Assembly: GCF_018350175.1 (NCBI RefSeq)
Contig: NC_058368.1
Span: 220,784,001-220,848,000, forward strand
Length of the DNA: 64,000 nt
Origin: Felis catus
Lineage: Eukaryota
Direction: 5' to 3'
Shown here: one piece after another, positions 12,414-25,944 of the stretch
Layout of the letters: each line of letters starts with the position of its first letter
Position numbering within the stretch: the first letter of the stretch is position 1
Made by a program: the position numbers and the translations under genes
The notes under the pieces: generated by a model
What the model was told of the DNA's origin: nothing
The model's input: the letters and a program-made list of their open reading frames with translations, nothing else
Databases searched by the model: none

Positions 12414-14804
12414 GGGGCCATGTTGAACTTTTTCTAGGTTTTGTGCTGAAAGGGAATACAGTTAGAAAATGGAGCTTTTAAACTACACCTTTTTAAAAAT
12501 CATGGTGAAATAGTACATTATTTTTTAATAGATGTTCTCATTACAATTAACATTCTTTAATTACTACATACCTGGGAGAGCTGTACTTGGAAATATTTTT
12601 GTTAGTGTTGAGGTCAAATTAATTAACTACTTGAATTTTCTCAGTAAGTATCTTGTCATTCTTTGTCTTGTCTATAATTATTATAAATTAGTTATTTTAT
12701 TTTCCCATTGTGCTCTCTGTAAGTTACCACTCTGGCTTTCAAGCATAGGACCTGGAAAAAAACACTTAACTCTGTTTCCTTCTTCCCTAACTAGCACAGC
12801 TGAAGTGGTACTGATGCTGACCATTCTGTTCCAAAACATGAGGGGAGTTCATTAATGCACAAAGAATTTTGTAATTATTAAGTGCAATTGACACAGCAAA
12901 AATATTTTGTGTTCAGTAGCTGAAGGCCAAAGATTATTAACTACAACAGCTGATAGTCATGCTGTCCAGGATATCTCGTGGGGAAACAGTGAGTGCAGAG
13001 TTAATGGAGGGTCACGTCCTTTGGTTCAAACAAAACTAGAGGATGGTTGCATGTTTTTATATGGAGTAGTTTTATTTAGTGGAAGCTAATTTCCTGATGC
13101 CTTTCCTTGATTTATGAAAATAGTCACATATTACAGCATTGACTGGTCAGTGAGAAAGTGATTTTGTAAACATGACAATGGGATTTTGGTGCATCGTAAT
13201 GTGCCTTGATTTCATCAAATGACCCAACTGAAATGTTATACATTATGACCATTGCCAAAGAAAACCCCAAAATATGTCCGTGAAAGGATAACTCATTTAA
13301 ACTGAGTATTTAAACTGTTGAAAAGTTCGGAATAAATTAGAGATACTGTCACCTACAGTTCCTGTGTTTTCTGAAATAAGAATATTTCCACACTTGTACA
13401 GACTCTGACTTTGCAAATTCTTGATAATTAAGTGAAAATATTTTGTTACTCAATTTGTAATGAGGTGCTCAGTGATCAATGCTTTAACAATAACAGGATT
13501 GGTTGGTCATTGTTAACTGTACTAAGACTTTCACAGCACCAATTCTGCATAGTTCTGAACTGGGAATGGGATTTCACAAAATCTATAGAATACAGGGCAT
13601 TTTCACCGGGTCTCAGGTCTGTCGCAAGAGCTATGCTCTGGTCTGAAGAGATTGCCATGAAGGCAGTTAATCTGTTTTTTTGAGGGAGTTTGGTTTTTGT
13701 TGTTTGTTCTGGTGCTGTTTTGTTTTGTGGTTTGTTTTTTTTCTTTTTCTTTTTTCCTTTTTGTTTTGTTTTGTTTTGCACTACTCTCCAGTCAGTGTCC
13801 TGACAGCAAAGTGGATTGTGACACTGTCAGGAATATAGAAAATGTTCTGAATCTTGTAACAGTGATTCTATTGTCTATATTCCTTGGTTTTGTGAAGTAT
13901 TCCATGTAAATTCCAACTAAAGTTAAAAACACAATCCAAACCACCAGATATCTAGCATGGGGAATGGTTAAAAAGTGGTTCATCCAGACTAAGACAAAAA
14001 ATTGTCATGCACAACTAAATTCATTGTTGGGTAGAGAGAAATTGCATGGGAGCTACATTTTCAGGATTAAACTTTGAATTTTGCAAATAAAGTATTTGCT
14101 GATTTAAAAAAAGATAATGATCTTGATAATTAAATTAAAAAAAACCCAAATGCTACTAAAGATGTTCATGAAATATGAAAGAATAATTATTGTAGATTTA
14201 ATAAGGATATTATTGGCTCTGAAGTCCCAGACCAAAAATAATATTTATATAAAAAATACTTGTTAGTAACTGAGATATGGCTCCTCTTATCTTTAAAGTT
14301 GTCCCTCGGTCTCCTGAAAAACCACATACTTGTCAAATGTTGAAATGAATTACAGAATAAATGAAGGAAATTTATTATTTTAAATTGTGTCCTTATAACA
14401 AATATACTTAGAATAGTTTGTTGTCATTACACTTTACATAATTAAAATTTATAATTCCACACCCTTCTATACCCATTTCTTTGTTTTCCTTCATGCGTGT
14501 TTCCCATTGAGACCTTAACAATCCCCCTAATTCCCACACCTCTTTGCTTATCTTACCCCATACATTCTTTCTGAGAAATATCACCAGTCTAATAATTTTA
14601 GTGAACACGTGTATGCTACATATTCCCAAATGGATATCTAAATCCCTGTCCAATCCCTCGAACTTCATTCAGACTTCGCCAAGACCTAAGAATGAGCCTG
14701 TGGCTCCTATACTCCTGTATTTACTCTCAATATTTTCCCAAATATTGACTAATGTTTTTAAATGTTTCCCAAATGTTTCCCAAATATTGACTAATGTTTT
14801 TAAA

Positions 14805-15020
14805 TGTTTATTTAATGTCAGGTACTATACTACATACTTTACGTACATTATCATAGTTAATGCTTCAATAATCCACGGAGCTATTATATTTTCCATTTTA
14901 CATATGAATATGCCAAATCTCTGAGAGAGCTAAAGTTAATGGCAAGGTCACAAAACTATTAAGTGGAATAGCTGAGGCTGGAAGCCAGTTGTGTCTGATG
15001 CCAAAGTCCATCTTCTTAGT
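14805..15020 (-). mobile_element. MIR, flanked by L2-like sequence (~14560-15740)
   Basis: ccattttacatatga...aaggtcacaaaactattaagtgg...tgtctgatgccaaagtcc. Confidence 0.7.
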
Positions 15021-16738
15021 TATGACTGATACCTCCTCTGTTTTTCACCACAGGCAGTAATAACATCTTTCATCCAGTCATGCAAATCTCTGACCTGGGA
15101 GTCTCCCCAGCCCTTCTCTTCCAGTCCCTCACCTAATCAGTCACCAAGACTAGATAAATGAAATTCTCAGTGTCTTTCAAAGATACTTCCATTATTGTTT
15201 TCATATGGGCTCTGATTATTTTTTCCTGCAAAATTAGCTAGTATCTTAAGTGGTCTTCTTTTCTGTTTTTATAACTCACCCTTAGTTTGAGTTCCTTAGT
15301 TTTTACTTTTTATCAGTCTTACAGTGAAGTTTGGGGGCCGAAACATGCTGTGTGACATGTTCTATCCATTACTTTTTCAGGCTCATTTGAAGCACACACA
15401 CACATCTACACATGCATTCCTTTTCCTCTTCTATTTCAGTTTTCAGGATGACTCCCATTTTTCTTTGATGATACACACTCATGTTTGAATACACAACTTA
15501 ATTATTTTCTAAGGAAGCCTCCTTTCAGTTCTTTCCAACTTCAGAAAGAGGCGGGGGAGCATCTCTTCCTTTATGGAAATCTATCGTTATCTCTCTCCTT
15601 CATTTTATAACATATTTGATTTATTGATTTGTCTTTCAACTTAGATTATAAACCCTTAAAGGAATCAATGGGATGGATTCATCTTTGCAATGCAGAATCT
15701 GGTATGTAATAGACATTCAGTTATGCCTGAACTGAACAAAATGTACGACACCAATTATGTAATGTAGATGATTTAAGGAAAAGTCTGTTGCTATGGTTAA
15801 TATTGATTTCATTTTTGCTTTTAGCATGTTTTGGATATTAATATTTAATGTTAATCATATATATTACATAGCACTGGTTGAGTAAGATGTAGTACATACA
15901 CATCTAGACAGGAGTAGAGAATATATAAGGTTTTAAAAAATTCTCTAATGGAATCCATTAAAACTAAAGTCATACAAAATGAAATAATTGGACTTGGATT
16001 TTAAAATCAAATTTAAATGTTTCACATTAAATCCAGTTCTAAGAACTATTTGGAAAATCACTCAAAATCTCTGCTTTTTTGGCTCATAGAAAATAACTAG
16101 TGAAATATAAGAAGGGTGTATATAAATGGCTTAAAAGAGAAGAAAGAGAGTTGACTGACAGATTTGAACATGAAGGAAAATATTAAAAATAGATACTGCC
16201 TCTTTATTCTTTGCAATTGGCTATTATTTTAGTGTTAATAGAGAAGCAGAAATAATCCTCATAATTGAAACTTTGTAAGTAAATACCTCAAATCAAAGTT
16301 CTCATTAGGTCCCATTTATACTGTGGGATAATATTTATGTGCTAGGCTTAGCCAGTCATTGTTGTATGTAAAAAGATGTCTGTCATATATATGTTTTATA
16401 TAAATTGCTAGTTTTAGAGTTTTTTTAAACTACATAACTAATAATTATGCTATTTTCACATTCCTACTAGAAATATTTTTTTCTCTTTTAATTGTCTAAT
16501 ACAATATTTAGAATAGATGAAAATTTATTTTGCAGATTCACATGACAGAAAGTCATGTTTTATTGGAAATCAATTTCTTTTGCAAAATAAGGCTTTGATT
16601 TAACATTAAAAAAAACCCATTAGTTGTGATGTAATGACCACATTATATATCCTAATTTACACATTGTTCTATGCAAATGTAAATATTAAAAAAAAAAAAC
16701 TAAAGTTGTAAACTCTTTGCTTTTTTTAGATTCACCCA

Positions 16739-17180
16739 TGTTAGTCATCTACTGTCATATTACTGTAAAAGAGTCCATCCATAGCAAGCGTTTATGCTCA
16801 TACTCATGTGGCTACCAGTTGACTATGATTTGGTTGATCAAGACTGTCCTTGGCTAGGTAACTCTTTCAGGTTCTAGTTTGCTAGGTTAGGTCATTATGA
16901 ATGTTTTCATCCTGGGAACTTGTAAATGACAGTGAGTACTTGGGTCAGAATCTTCAAGTTGTGAGAATATAAACAGAAGACGGCCAGACCAAATAAAAAA
17001 AAGAACATTTAGCATTTCTGTTCTCTTCATAGTAGCCAGTATCTCACTGGCCAAGCAAGACACATGGCCAACCCTCCGTCAAGGTGTAGAGAATGTTCCT
17101 CCTCCCATGAAGCCAAGACAAAGCTGTGGTTGTATAATTTATGACAAGGGAGTAAATTACTTGGACCACTGATTCAATCT
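16739..17180 (-). mobile_element. Old MaLR LTR (MLT1I/J-like), tentative
   Basis: tgttagtcatctactgt start and atctcactggccaagcaagacacatggccaa motif. Confidence 0.45.
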
Positions 17181-17239
17181 AGTGAGTCATTTCAGTATTT
17201 TGTGTAGGAAATTTAAAATAGAGCCACTTCAGGTTTCTC

Positions 17240-17460
17240 TTTTAAAACTTGTTTTTAATGTTTTTATTTATTTTTGAGAGACAGAGATAGAGCATAAGCG
17301 GGGGGGGGGGGGGCAGGAGAGGGTGACACAGAATCTGAAGCAGGTTCCGGGCTCTGAGCTGTCAGCACAGAGCCTGATGCAGGGCTCAAACCCACAAATC
17401 ATGAGATCATGACCTGAGCCTAAGTTGGACACTTAACCGACTGAGCCACCCAGGCGCCCC
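17240..17460 (-). mobile_element. Can-SINE
   Basis: Full SINE; TSD ggtttctc. Confidence 0.95.
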
Positions 17461-18747
17461 TGGGTTTCTCATATTTAAATGTTGCATATCTTGAAGGTGA
17501 TACAAAAACTTGTGAGATATTGTGACTTATATGAAAGAGTTTTTATAATGTGTGAAATAGTTCTGAGTTTACCTGACCCTGAAAATAATAGTTAAGATTG
17601 TAGGTGGTAAATTAACTTCCCCAATTCTTCCAGCTAATAAAGATAGAATTTAAAATCTACTTATGTTTGTGTTCCCCATCTTTTCCAATAACTTATCTAT
17701 TATTAAAATTCCTCTTGCTGTAAACACATTCTGAAATTGACCAAACTTCCTTCAATTCCTTCAATAATGAGAACCAGATTCTCCTTGAGGCTGTGCTTTG
17801 ACCTTCAGAGGAGTTGCAAATGATCTTCCTCTAAGCTTCTTTTTGATAATGCTTGTTTGAGCCCTAGGAAAATAAAAAATAAAAACCCCACCTTCCTCCC
17901 CCATCAGAATATTTTGGTAATCAATAAAATATTTGTTCAATGAGTGTATACATACAGACAGACAGACAGACAGACACCTACCAAATTCACTGTTTCCAAC
18001 TTCTGGTTTTCTAGCATGGAATACCGTGAAAATTATGACTTCAATCCACTTAAAATATTATAATCTGATAATTTGTTCTTGGATCATATTAGTTTATCTG
18101 GTAACCATAAATGTGTATTTCATTACCTTCCACTCCCAAACAGCCTTAGGTCTGTTTTTACCCCATGCTGTTATTGTTCAGTCATTGAGATCAGCCTTTC
18201 AGTTTACTTCAGATTTGCCGACTGTTCCTTCCTACTTCATGTCAACCAGAGGCGTGTCTATAACCTCTAACCTTGATATGTAGAGTAACATTTAAATCAC
18301 ACAGGATTGATGGCAGATCCCAGTGGCATTTCAGTGGAAACACCTAACAAGGTTCTTTTCAACAAAAATCTGCGTCATTTTGATAAGGCCATTTATTCAG
18401 CTGAAAATTATCTAACTTAAAAGTGTGTTTTCCCAGTATCTTTAAATTTGTCCACTAATCTATCAACTATGGGTATAACATTTGTAGACCATTTGTTCTT
18501 TGCAGACCCTCTGGCACATAAGCCTGGTAATATTTTTAAAGTAAAGATTTACCCTTATTTATGTCCACTGAAATGAAATTGTTTTATGTTTCCAGTCAAA
18601 TTCTTTGCCTATAGTTTTAGGTGCTGTAGTTTCTTTTCTGTATTTGACTTCTACATATAATTCATATGTGGTGGCCTCCCTCAGAATTTAGGGTTTATGG
18701 GTTTTATAAATGTGGAATGTCAGAATTCATACCCCTGCAATTTTACC

Positions 18748-18749
<2 letters not shown>

Positions 18750-18810
<61 letters not shown>

Positions 18811-18983
18811 AGAGCGAGGAGAGAGTGTGAGCAGGGGAGGGGCAGAGAGGGAAAGAGAATCCCAACCAGGCTCTGCACTGTCATCACAGAGTCCTGGGTG
18901 GGGTTCGATCTCATAAACCGAGATCATGACCTGAGCTGAAATCAAGAGTTGGACACTCAACTGACTGAGCCACCCAGGTGCTC
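18750..18983 (-). mobile_element. Can-SINE with (TA)n tail
   Basis: TSD tgcaattttac; (TA)n at 18752-18807. Confidence 0.95.
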
Positions 18984-19349
18984 TGCAATTTTACTTTTAA
19001 AATAAGTTTCTATTAAAGATTGAGTAGACCCAATTGAATATTTGTAAACTGTAGTTAAGCTCAATATATAAGGACCCAGAGAATACCGTTGTAAAGAATA
19101 AAATTGGTATGATTAACTCTGAATTACCCAAGGCACGCTTTTCAGGTTCCTTTCCTCAGTCTCCTTTTAAAGGCAATTACTACTCAGAACTATGAGTTTA
19201 TCATTGTCTTGCTTTCTTGATGGGTTTAACAAATATCTAAACTTTAAATCATATATTATTTTTAGTTTTTTTTCTCTTTTGGTTTACAGTAATGATTGAT
19301 GTTGTGTGTACCCTTCTGATGAGTGTGTGTATAATTCAGAAAGGCAGGA

Positions 19350-19590
19350 CGTTGTAAAGAACATGGAGTCAGTAAAACAAACAAACAAACAAACAAACAA
19401 ACCTGCCAAGTTGCACTCCTGGCGTCCCTACTCATTAGCAAATTACTTAACATTTCTGCACCTTAATATCCTAATTTGTAAAATACGGAGAATTAATGAG
19501 CCACCTCATAATGTTGAGAGGATTAAAGAAGTTTTAATCCTTAATAAGTATAGAGTAATGGCTGACAGAGTGAACACTATGTAAGAGATT
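19350..19590 (+). mobile_element. MIR
   Basis: gcaaattacttaacatttctgcacctt...tgtaaaatacggag core. Confidence 0.7.
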
Positions 19591-20125
19591 CCTACGAGCT
19601 TCAATTTGGAGATTAATTCTGTGTTCTTGAGTTTCATCATGTTGATCTATGTGGCAGTAATATATATGACTATATATATGACATATATATATATGACAAT
19701 ATATATGTCATATGTATATGACATATATGATTCTTGATATCTGATAAGTCAAGTCTCAACTTTGTGCTATGTCTTTAATAGGAGTCTAACAGCTATTCTG
19801 GAACTTGGCTCATCGTAAATTTTAGTCTCCCAGTTTGTCAAGTTCTAGACAGTAGAAAAACAAAAACAAAAAGTCTCAAGTCTGTTGATTTATAGACACA
19901 GTTAAAGAACATTTATATATTTTTACCTGAGTCTCAATCAAAAACAACTTGTACTTATGTAAGATCTCATTAATTTATTATAATGAAGTATATGATTTGC
20001 TATTGTACCTATTTTATTAAATTCATTACTAAATATTTTCTTTTATATTTTATACTCTAAATGACATCAAAATGTGTACTATATTTATGAACTGTTGCTG
20101 GTATGTAGAAACAAAATTATTATTA

Positions 20126-20351
20126 TTTTTCTCTTTTTAAAAATTCTTTCTTTTTTAATGTTTATTTTTGAGAGAGAGAAGGAGAGAGAGAGAGCAAGGG
20201 AGGGGCAGAGTAAAAAGAAGACAGAGAATCCCAAGCAAGCTCCACGTTGTCAGCACAGAGCCCGATGTGCTGAACTCACTAACTGTGAGATCATGACCTG
20301 AGCCAAAATCAAGAGTCAAACACTCAACCTGATGAGCCATCCAGGCATCCC
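20126..20351 (-). mobile_element. Can-SINE
   Basis: TSD tagaaaca(a/t)aattatta. Confidence 0.93.
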
Positions 20352-20371
20352 ATAGAAACATAATTATTATT

Positions 20372-20583
20372 TCTTTTTTAATTTTTTTAATGTTTATTTT
20401 TGAGAAAGAGAGAGAATGCGGGTGAGGGAGGAGAGAAAGAGAGAGGGAGAAACAAATCCGAAGTAGGCTCTAGGCTCTGAGCTGTCAGCACAGAGCCTGA
20501 CACAGGGCTCGAACCCACAAACCGTAAGATCATGACCTGGGCCAAAGTTGGACACTCAACCAACTGAGTCACCCAAGCGCCCC
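20372..20583 (-). mobile_element. Can-SINE, tandem with the previous one
   Basis: TSD ataattatta. Confidence 0.93.
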
Positions 20584-20849
20584 AAATAATTATTAAATAT
20601 TAATTTAGTACCAGCAAACTTGCTAAATTCTCCCATCTCCATTATATATTTAGAATTGTTCATATTTTCTAAAAATGAATTATATTATTTGTGAATAATG
20701 AGTTTTTTTCTTCCAATGATTATTCATTTTACTTTCTGAGTTGACTAGGACTTTTAGTATACAGGTCAGTAAAATGGTAATCATGGGCTTCTTTGCCTCT
20801 TACCAGAATTGATATGCTTACTGGTTATTTATTATAGTCAGTGAATGAG

Positions 20850-21890
20850 CTGTGTCCTACAATCTATATCCAGACCAACAATTGTTAGCACCTACAGATC
20901 AAGTCACCACCATCCTTATTCCGAATTTTTGGAGTATTCTTCCTTCTTCTGCCCGTTGTTACCCTATAATCTATCTTCAACACAGCTGGTATATTGATCC
21001 TTCATAATATGAGAGGCCATATTCTGATACCAGCCTGCTCAGAGTTCTCCAGTGAATTAACATCTTATACATAGTCCAACCATTTGTCTAAGAGGACTTA
21101 CGGTGGTTTAGTAGACTCTACGTGATCTGCCCCTGACCACTTTCCTTTTTTTTTTTTTTTCAACGTTTTTTATTTATTTTTGGGACAGAGAGAGACAGAG
21201 CATGAACGGGGGAGGGGCAGAGAGAGAGGGAGACACAGAATCAGAAACAGGCTCCAGGCTCCCAGCCATCAGCCCAGAGCCTGACGCGGGGCTCGAACTC
21301 ACGGACCGTGAGATCGTGACCTGGCTGAAGTCGGATGCTTAACCGACTGCGCCACCCAGGCGCCCCTGACCACTTTCCTTTTTGCCCTAATCTCCAACTA
21401 CCCTTCCCCTCAATTAATTATGGACTCCCTGACTCTCCCTTTTAACTCACCTCTAGCCGTATTGGCCTCTGCTATTTCTTAATCAAGCCACACAGATTCC
21501 CAGCTCAGTGTGTTTATATTGCTGCACCCTGTGCTAAGAACATATTTTCATCAGGTATTTGCTTGACTTACCCTTTAACCTTCTTCAGATCTCTATTCAA
21601 ATATTATCTTCTTGCTCAGGAAGGCTTACCCTGATTACCCTATCCAATAAAAGGGCAACCCTAACCCAGTCACTAAATCTTTCCCAGGTGTTACCTAATA
21701 ATATATCTTTCAAAAAAAAAATGCCTATGTCTGTCTATCTATCTTATACATCCCTGTCTGGTACATGTAACACATGCCATAAAGACAGGATCTTTTTTTC
21801 TATTTTATTTCTTTTTATATCATCAATATCTAGAACTGAATATGGCTCCTGGTGAACATCAAAAATAGCTATTGAATGAATGGATGAATG
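20850..21890 (+). mobile_element. LINE2 3' region interrupted by a young SINE
   Basis: L2-like body ending ttgaatgaatggatgaatg. Confidence 0.65.
21151..21366 (-). mobile_element. Young felid Can-SINE
   Basis: CpG-rich; perfect TSD tgaccactttccttttt at 21134-21150 and 21367-21383. Confidence 0.97.
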
Positions 21891-22569
21891 TGTAATAGTA
21901 GATATATCTCTGTCGCTCCGTAGTTGCTTGTTGTATGGATAGCTACGCACATGAGTAGAGTTCCGAACCTCCTAGGAGAAGTATAACTTTTATCTTTTTA
22001 CTGTCACCCTCTTTATCTTTAGTAATGCTAGTTCTTCACAGTGCCTTTATTAATGTCCCCACAAAATATTTTTCCTTGTATTTTCACGCTACCTATTTTT
22101 CTATCCTTTAACTGTTTGTTTTGTTGTATACTTTCCTTTGGAGATGCATACTGTAAACCTTATGGACCAATGTTGTTGCTATCTTGCTATTTTAAAATCC
22201 AGTTTGAAAGTCTTAGATTGTAATTGCTGACATATTTGCATTTATTTTTCTGTCTTCTGTGATTTTTATTTACTCAACCTTTCAAAAGTTTATTTATCTC
22301 TACTTCTTGCCATACTTTACATTGATGCCTTTTAAAATTCACTGTTCTCTAGCACTTTCACATTTTTAAAACTTCTCTGTAGTTGTTTAATGATTAATGG
22401 CAGGAATTTATCACATATACATAACTTAAAATGTCTGAAATTATCCTATATGTTTATCCGCCTGAAAAATACAGGTCTTTAGAACACTTTACTGATCATA
22501 TTGATTTTTAACTTACATTTGTTACTGCTTTTTAAAAGTGATCTATTGTCCTTACTAGAAATTATTATT

Positions 22570-22751
22570 TTTAAATGTTTTTATTTTATTTATTTATTTA
22601 GCATGCAGGGGAGTGGCAGAGGGAGACGGAGAATCTTAAACAGGCTTTATACCCAGTGTGGACCGCAACACGGGGCTCAGTCTCATGACCATGAGATCAT
22701 GACGTGAGCTGAAATTAGGATGCTTAACCAGTTGAGCCACCCAGGCACCCC
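22570..22751 (-). mobile_element. Can-SINE
   Basis: TSD tagaaattattatt. Confidence 0.93.
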
Positions 22752-23306
22752 TAGAAATTATTATTATTATTGTGTCACACAGTCAAATTTTGTTTAACCA
22801 CCGTATTTGCAAATTTCTTAGCTTATCATTCTTGTATGACAGGTATTCCCTCTGGATATCTTTCTTTCATCTTAAATATATCCTTGAGAAACCCATTTGA
22901 GAAGATTGACAGGTTTTACAATCCATTCTCATTTGCTTAAAAATGTCTTTAATATCACTATTGAAAAAAATGTTTTCCTGGATATACAGTCATGAATTGA
23001 CAATTCTCTCTTAATGCATTGAAGATATTACTCCAGTGGTTTGTATTTTTTTTTATTGGTGCTATGATTAGTCAGCTGTAATTACAATCCTTTTGAAAAG
23101 GATTACTTTTGCCTCCTGGAGTTACTATAATTGTCTCTATCTCTTGTTTTCTGAAATGATAGCATTGTATGAATTTATTTGCACTGGTCTTAATTCATTT
23201 CACTTGGGATTTGTCTCACTTTGGGATATTTGGATCGTTAACTTTTATCATTTCTGGAAAAATATCTACTTTTCAAATGTTTCTAACTGTGATTTCTCTC
23301 CAATAT

Positions 23307-23352
23307 GTTTTTTTAAATTTTTTAAAATCATTATTTTTGAGAGAAGGGGGGG

Positions 23353-23398
<46 letters not shown>

Positions 23399-23572
23399 GA
23401 AAGAAAGAGAAATGAGAATGAGCAGGGAAGGGGCAGAGAGAGAGGGAGACACAGAATCTGAAGCAGGCTCTTAGTTGTCAGCACAGGGTCCGACACGGGG
23501 CTCGAACTTGTGAACTGGGAGATCATGACCTGAGCTGAAGTCAGACTCTTAACTGAGTCACCCAGGTACTCC
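23307..23572 (-). mobile_element. Can-SINE with expanded (GA)n
   Basis: SINE head and body recognisable. Confidence 0.93.
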
Positions 23573-24720
23573 ACATTGCATATGACTTTAGTTATATTTT
23601 CTTGTTTGTTAAATATCTGTTCACTTATGTCTGAAATTACTATGAAATAAACCTATTTACTGTAAGTTTCAAATGCATATATTTTTTATATCTGGATATC
23701 TTATTTGCCCTTTGGTTTCCCGAGTTATATTTTTTGTTTTTCATTAGTCTTATTTCTTCTCTCTTTTTATATTTTTAAAACATTGGACATATATTTTATA
23801 GTGTATTTGATAATTTTACATTTTTTATGTTTGATTCTCCTTTGTGCTGGCTTATACTCATGGTGGTTTATTTCCTTGTAGAGTGCCTGTGAGTGTGTGC
23901 TGTTATATTTGTGATTTAGTATTAAATATAGGCATTTTTCTGGGGTCTGTGTTGGGGTAACTTTGCTCCAGAGAGAATTTACATTTCCTTCTTCCAGGTG
24001 CCTAATGGAACTCAGCCTAGACTATATGATAACAAATTCTCAATTGCAGACCCTTTGAGCCACACAGTTTATTATGGCTGCAAACCTATATAAAGGATGC
24101 CTTTGGATAAGTATTTTAAAAGATTTATTTCCTTTCTTTTCCTTTTCCCTTTTCTTTTTCTTTCCTATCTATGCTTATTACCACCAGGTCTCAAGACAGG
24201 ATTCATTGCTGAGTCTGAAGTGTTGGGTTAAGTTCCAGTTCAATTTGTATGTAAAAAGTAACATTCCTATCAGACTTGTCATCTGAGGCAGGAGCACTTT
24301 GTCATCTGTACCTTTAACCCTATGAGCATCAAGAAGACTCAAGTTCACCTGGTGGCAATACCACCAGGGTATATGTCTGATTCGATTTTCTACTTGCATA
24401 CTACTTAGTTCTTAATCTTTGATTATTTCTTGTTGTTCTGTTTCCAACTCACTGATTCATTTTTGAAATATTTTTAGTAAAAATTTTAAAAAATTTTATC
24501 AAGTGGGCCAATCATGGTTTCTAGACTATCCTACTTCTAGAAACATATGGTAAATAATTGCCTTGAAACCAATCTCTTTTCTCACTAAAGACCTATTATT
24601 TCCCTCCAGTTGACAAACTATATGAATATGGTACTATATGAATATGAATATGAAAGCAAATTATTAGCAATATGTTAGCTCTTTAAAGTAACCAGTGGAT
24701 TGTATTTTCTAGGCATATTT

Positions 24721-24825
24721 ATTAAAGTTCATTTTTTAGTAATCTCTACACCCATTGTGGGGCTGGAACTCATGTCCCCCAAGAGCAAGTCGCGTGCTTC
24801 TCCATGTGTACCAGCCAGGTGCCTC
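24721..24825 (-). mobile_element. Short old tRNA-Lys-derived carnivore SINE
   Basis: gtaatctctacacccattgtggggctggaactc; TSD taggcatattt. Confidence 0.8.
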
Positions 24826-24857
24826 TGTAGGCATATTTCTGAAACAATGTCAAAGTA

Positions 24858-25944
24858 TAGTAAAACCTTGGATTGCGAGTAAATTATTCTGTGAGTGTTG
24901 CACAAGACAAGCAAACATTTTCTTTTAATTTTTTTTAACATTTATTTATTTTTGAGAAACAGAGTGAGAGAAAGCATGAGCGGGGGAGGGGCAGAGAGAG
25001 GAGACATGGAATCTGAAGCAGCCTCTAGGCTCTGAGCAAGCGGTCAGCACAGCCTGATGTGGGGCTCGAACGCACAAACTGTGAGATCATGACCTGAGCC
25101 GAAGTTGGATGCTCAACCGACTGAGCCACCCAGGTGCCCCACGAGCAAACATTTCTAATAAATTTTAGCTTGATAAACGAGTGATGTCTTGCAATACAAG
25201 TAGTATGTGATGGCAAATGTCACGTGATCGCAAATGAGCCGATGATTCTTCTCTTTCTCTCTCTTTTTTTCTCTGAGATTGTGGGTGATTGTCTCCCATG
25301 CTCTGTCTCAGGCTGTGTTGTTTGACAGAAATCAGTGATTTTTTAGATCATTGGAAGGTGCCCACAACTGGCACTAGGGTATTTTTTGTCACTTCAAAGC
25401 ACCTATGGACAGTCCTTTGCTTTTCCACACAAGAGTGACCTAGCAATGCTTTGCTTCATTCTAGGTCAGGCTGCCTGCAAATACAGACCCTTTCCTCCAC
25501 TGTCTTATTGCCAGTTACATTAAATACAGTATATGACAAGAGTTTATCAATACTGTACTGTAGTCACCAGCCGTGTGAGTGTACACAATGGTCCCCATGC
25601 AGGAAAAGATCCCACTGAGCTAATAGATAGCAGTGATTCTGTTGGTCGTAGTGAAAGTCATCATACACAGTAAACCTCCTCTCTCTCGCCTCCTTTACAA
25701 CAGCCATGAAAGCTTTCACAGGTAAGTGCAGGTTACTTTGTTTATTGTATTTTGTATTTTGTATTTTCTTTATTATGTCGTATTAGAGTATGGTAATCAT
25801 TTTTACATGAATATTTTTGGATTGTGGAACGAATCCTCTGAGTTTCCATTATGTCTTAGGGGGAAATTCGCTATGATATACAAGTGCTTTGGATTACAAG
25901 ATTGTTTTCAGAATGAATTATGCTTGCAAACCAAGGTTTTACTG
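24858..25944. mobile_element. Non-autonomous Tc1/mariner (pogo/Tigger-like) DNA transposon, ~850 bp without the nested SINE
   Basis: TIRs tagtaaaaccttggattgcgagt / tgcttgcaaaccaaggttttactg, flanked by TA at 24856-57 and 25945-46. Confidence 0.85.
24920..25140 (-). mobile_element. Can-SINE nested in the DNA transposon
   Basis: TSD ac(a/g)agcaaacattt. Confidence 0.95.

Larger units (their letters stand above)
21900..24550 (-). mobile_element. Degraded ancient L1 (L1M-type) fragments
   Basis: T-rich antisense L1-like sequence (aaatgtctttaat...ttttcctggatatacag...gcattgaagatattactcca). Limits approximate. Confidence 0.5.
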
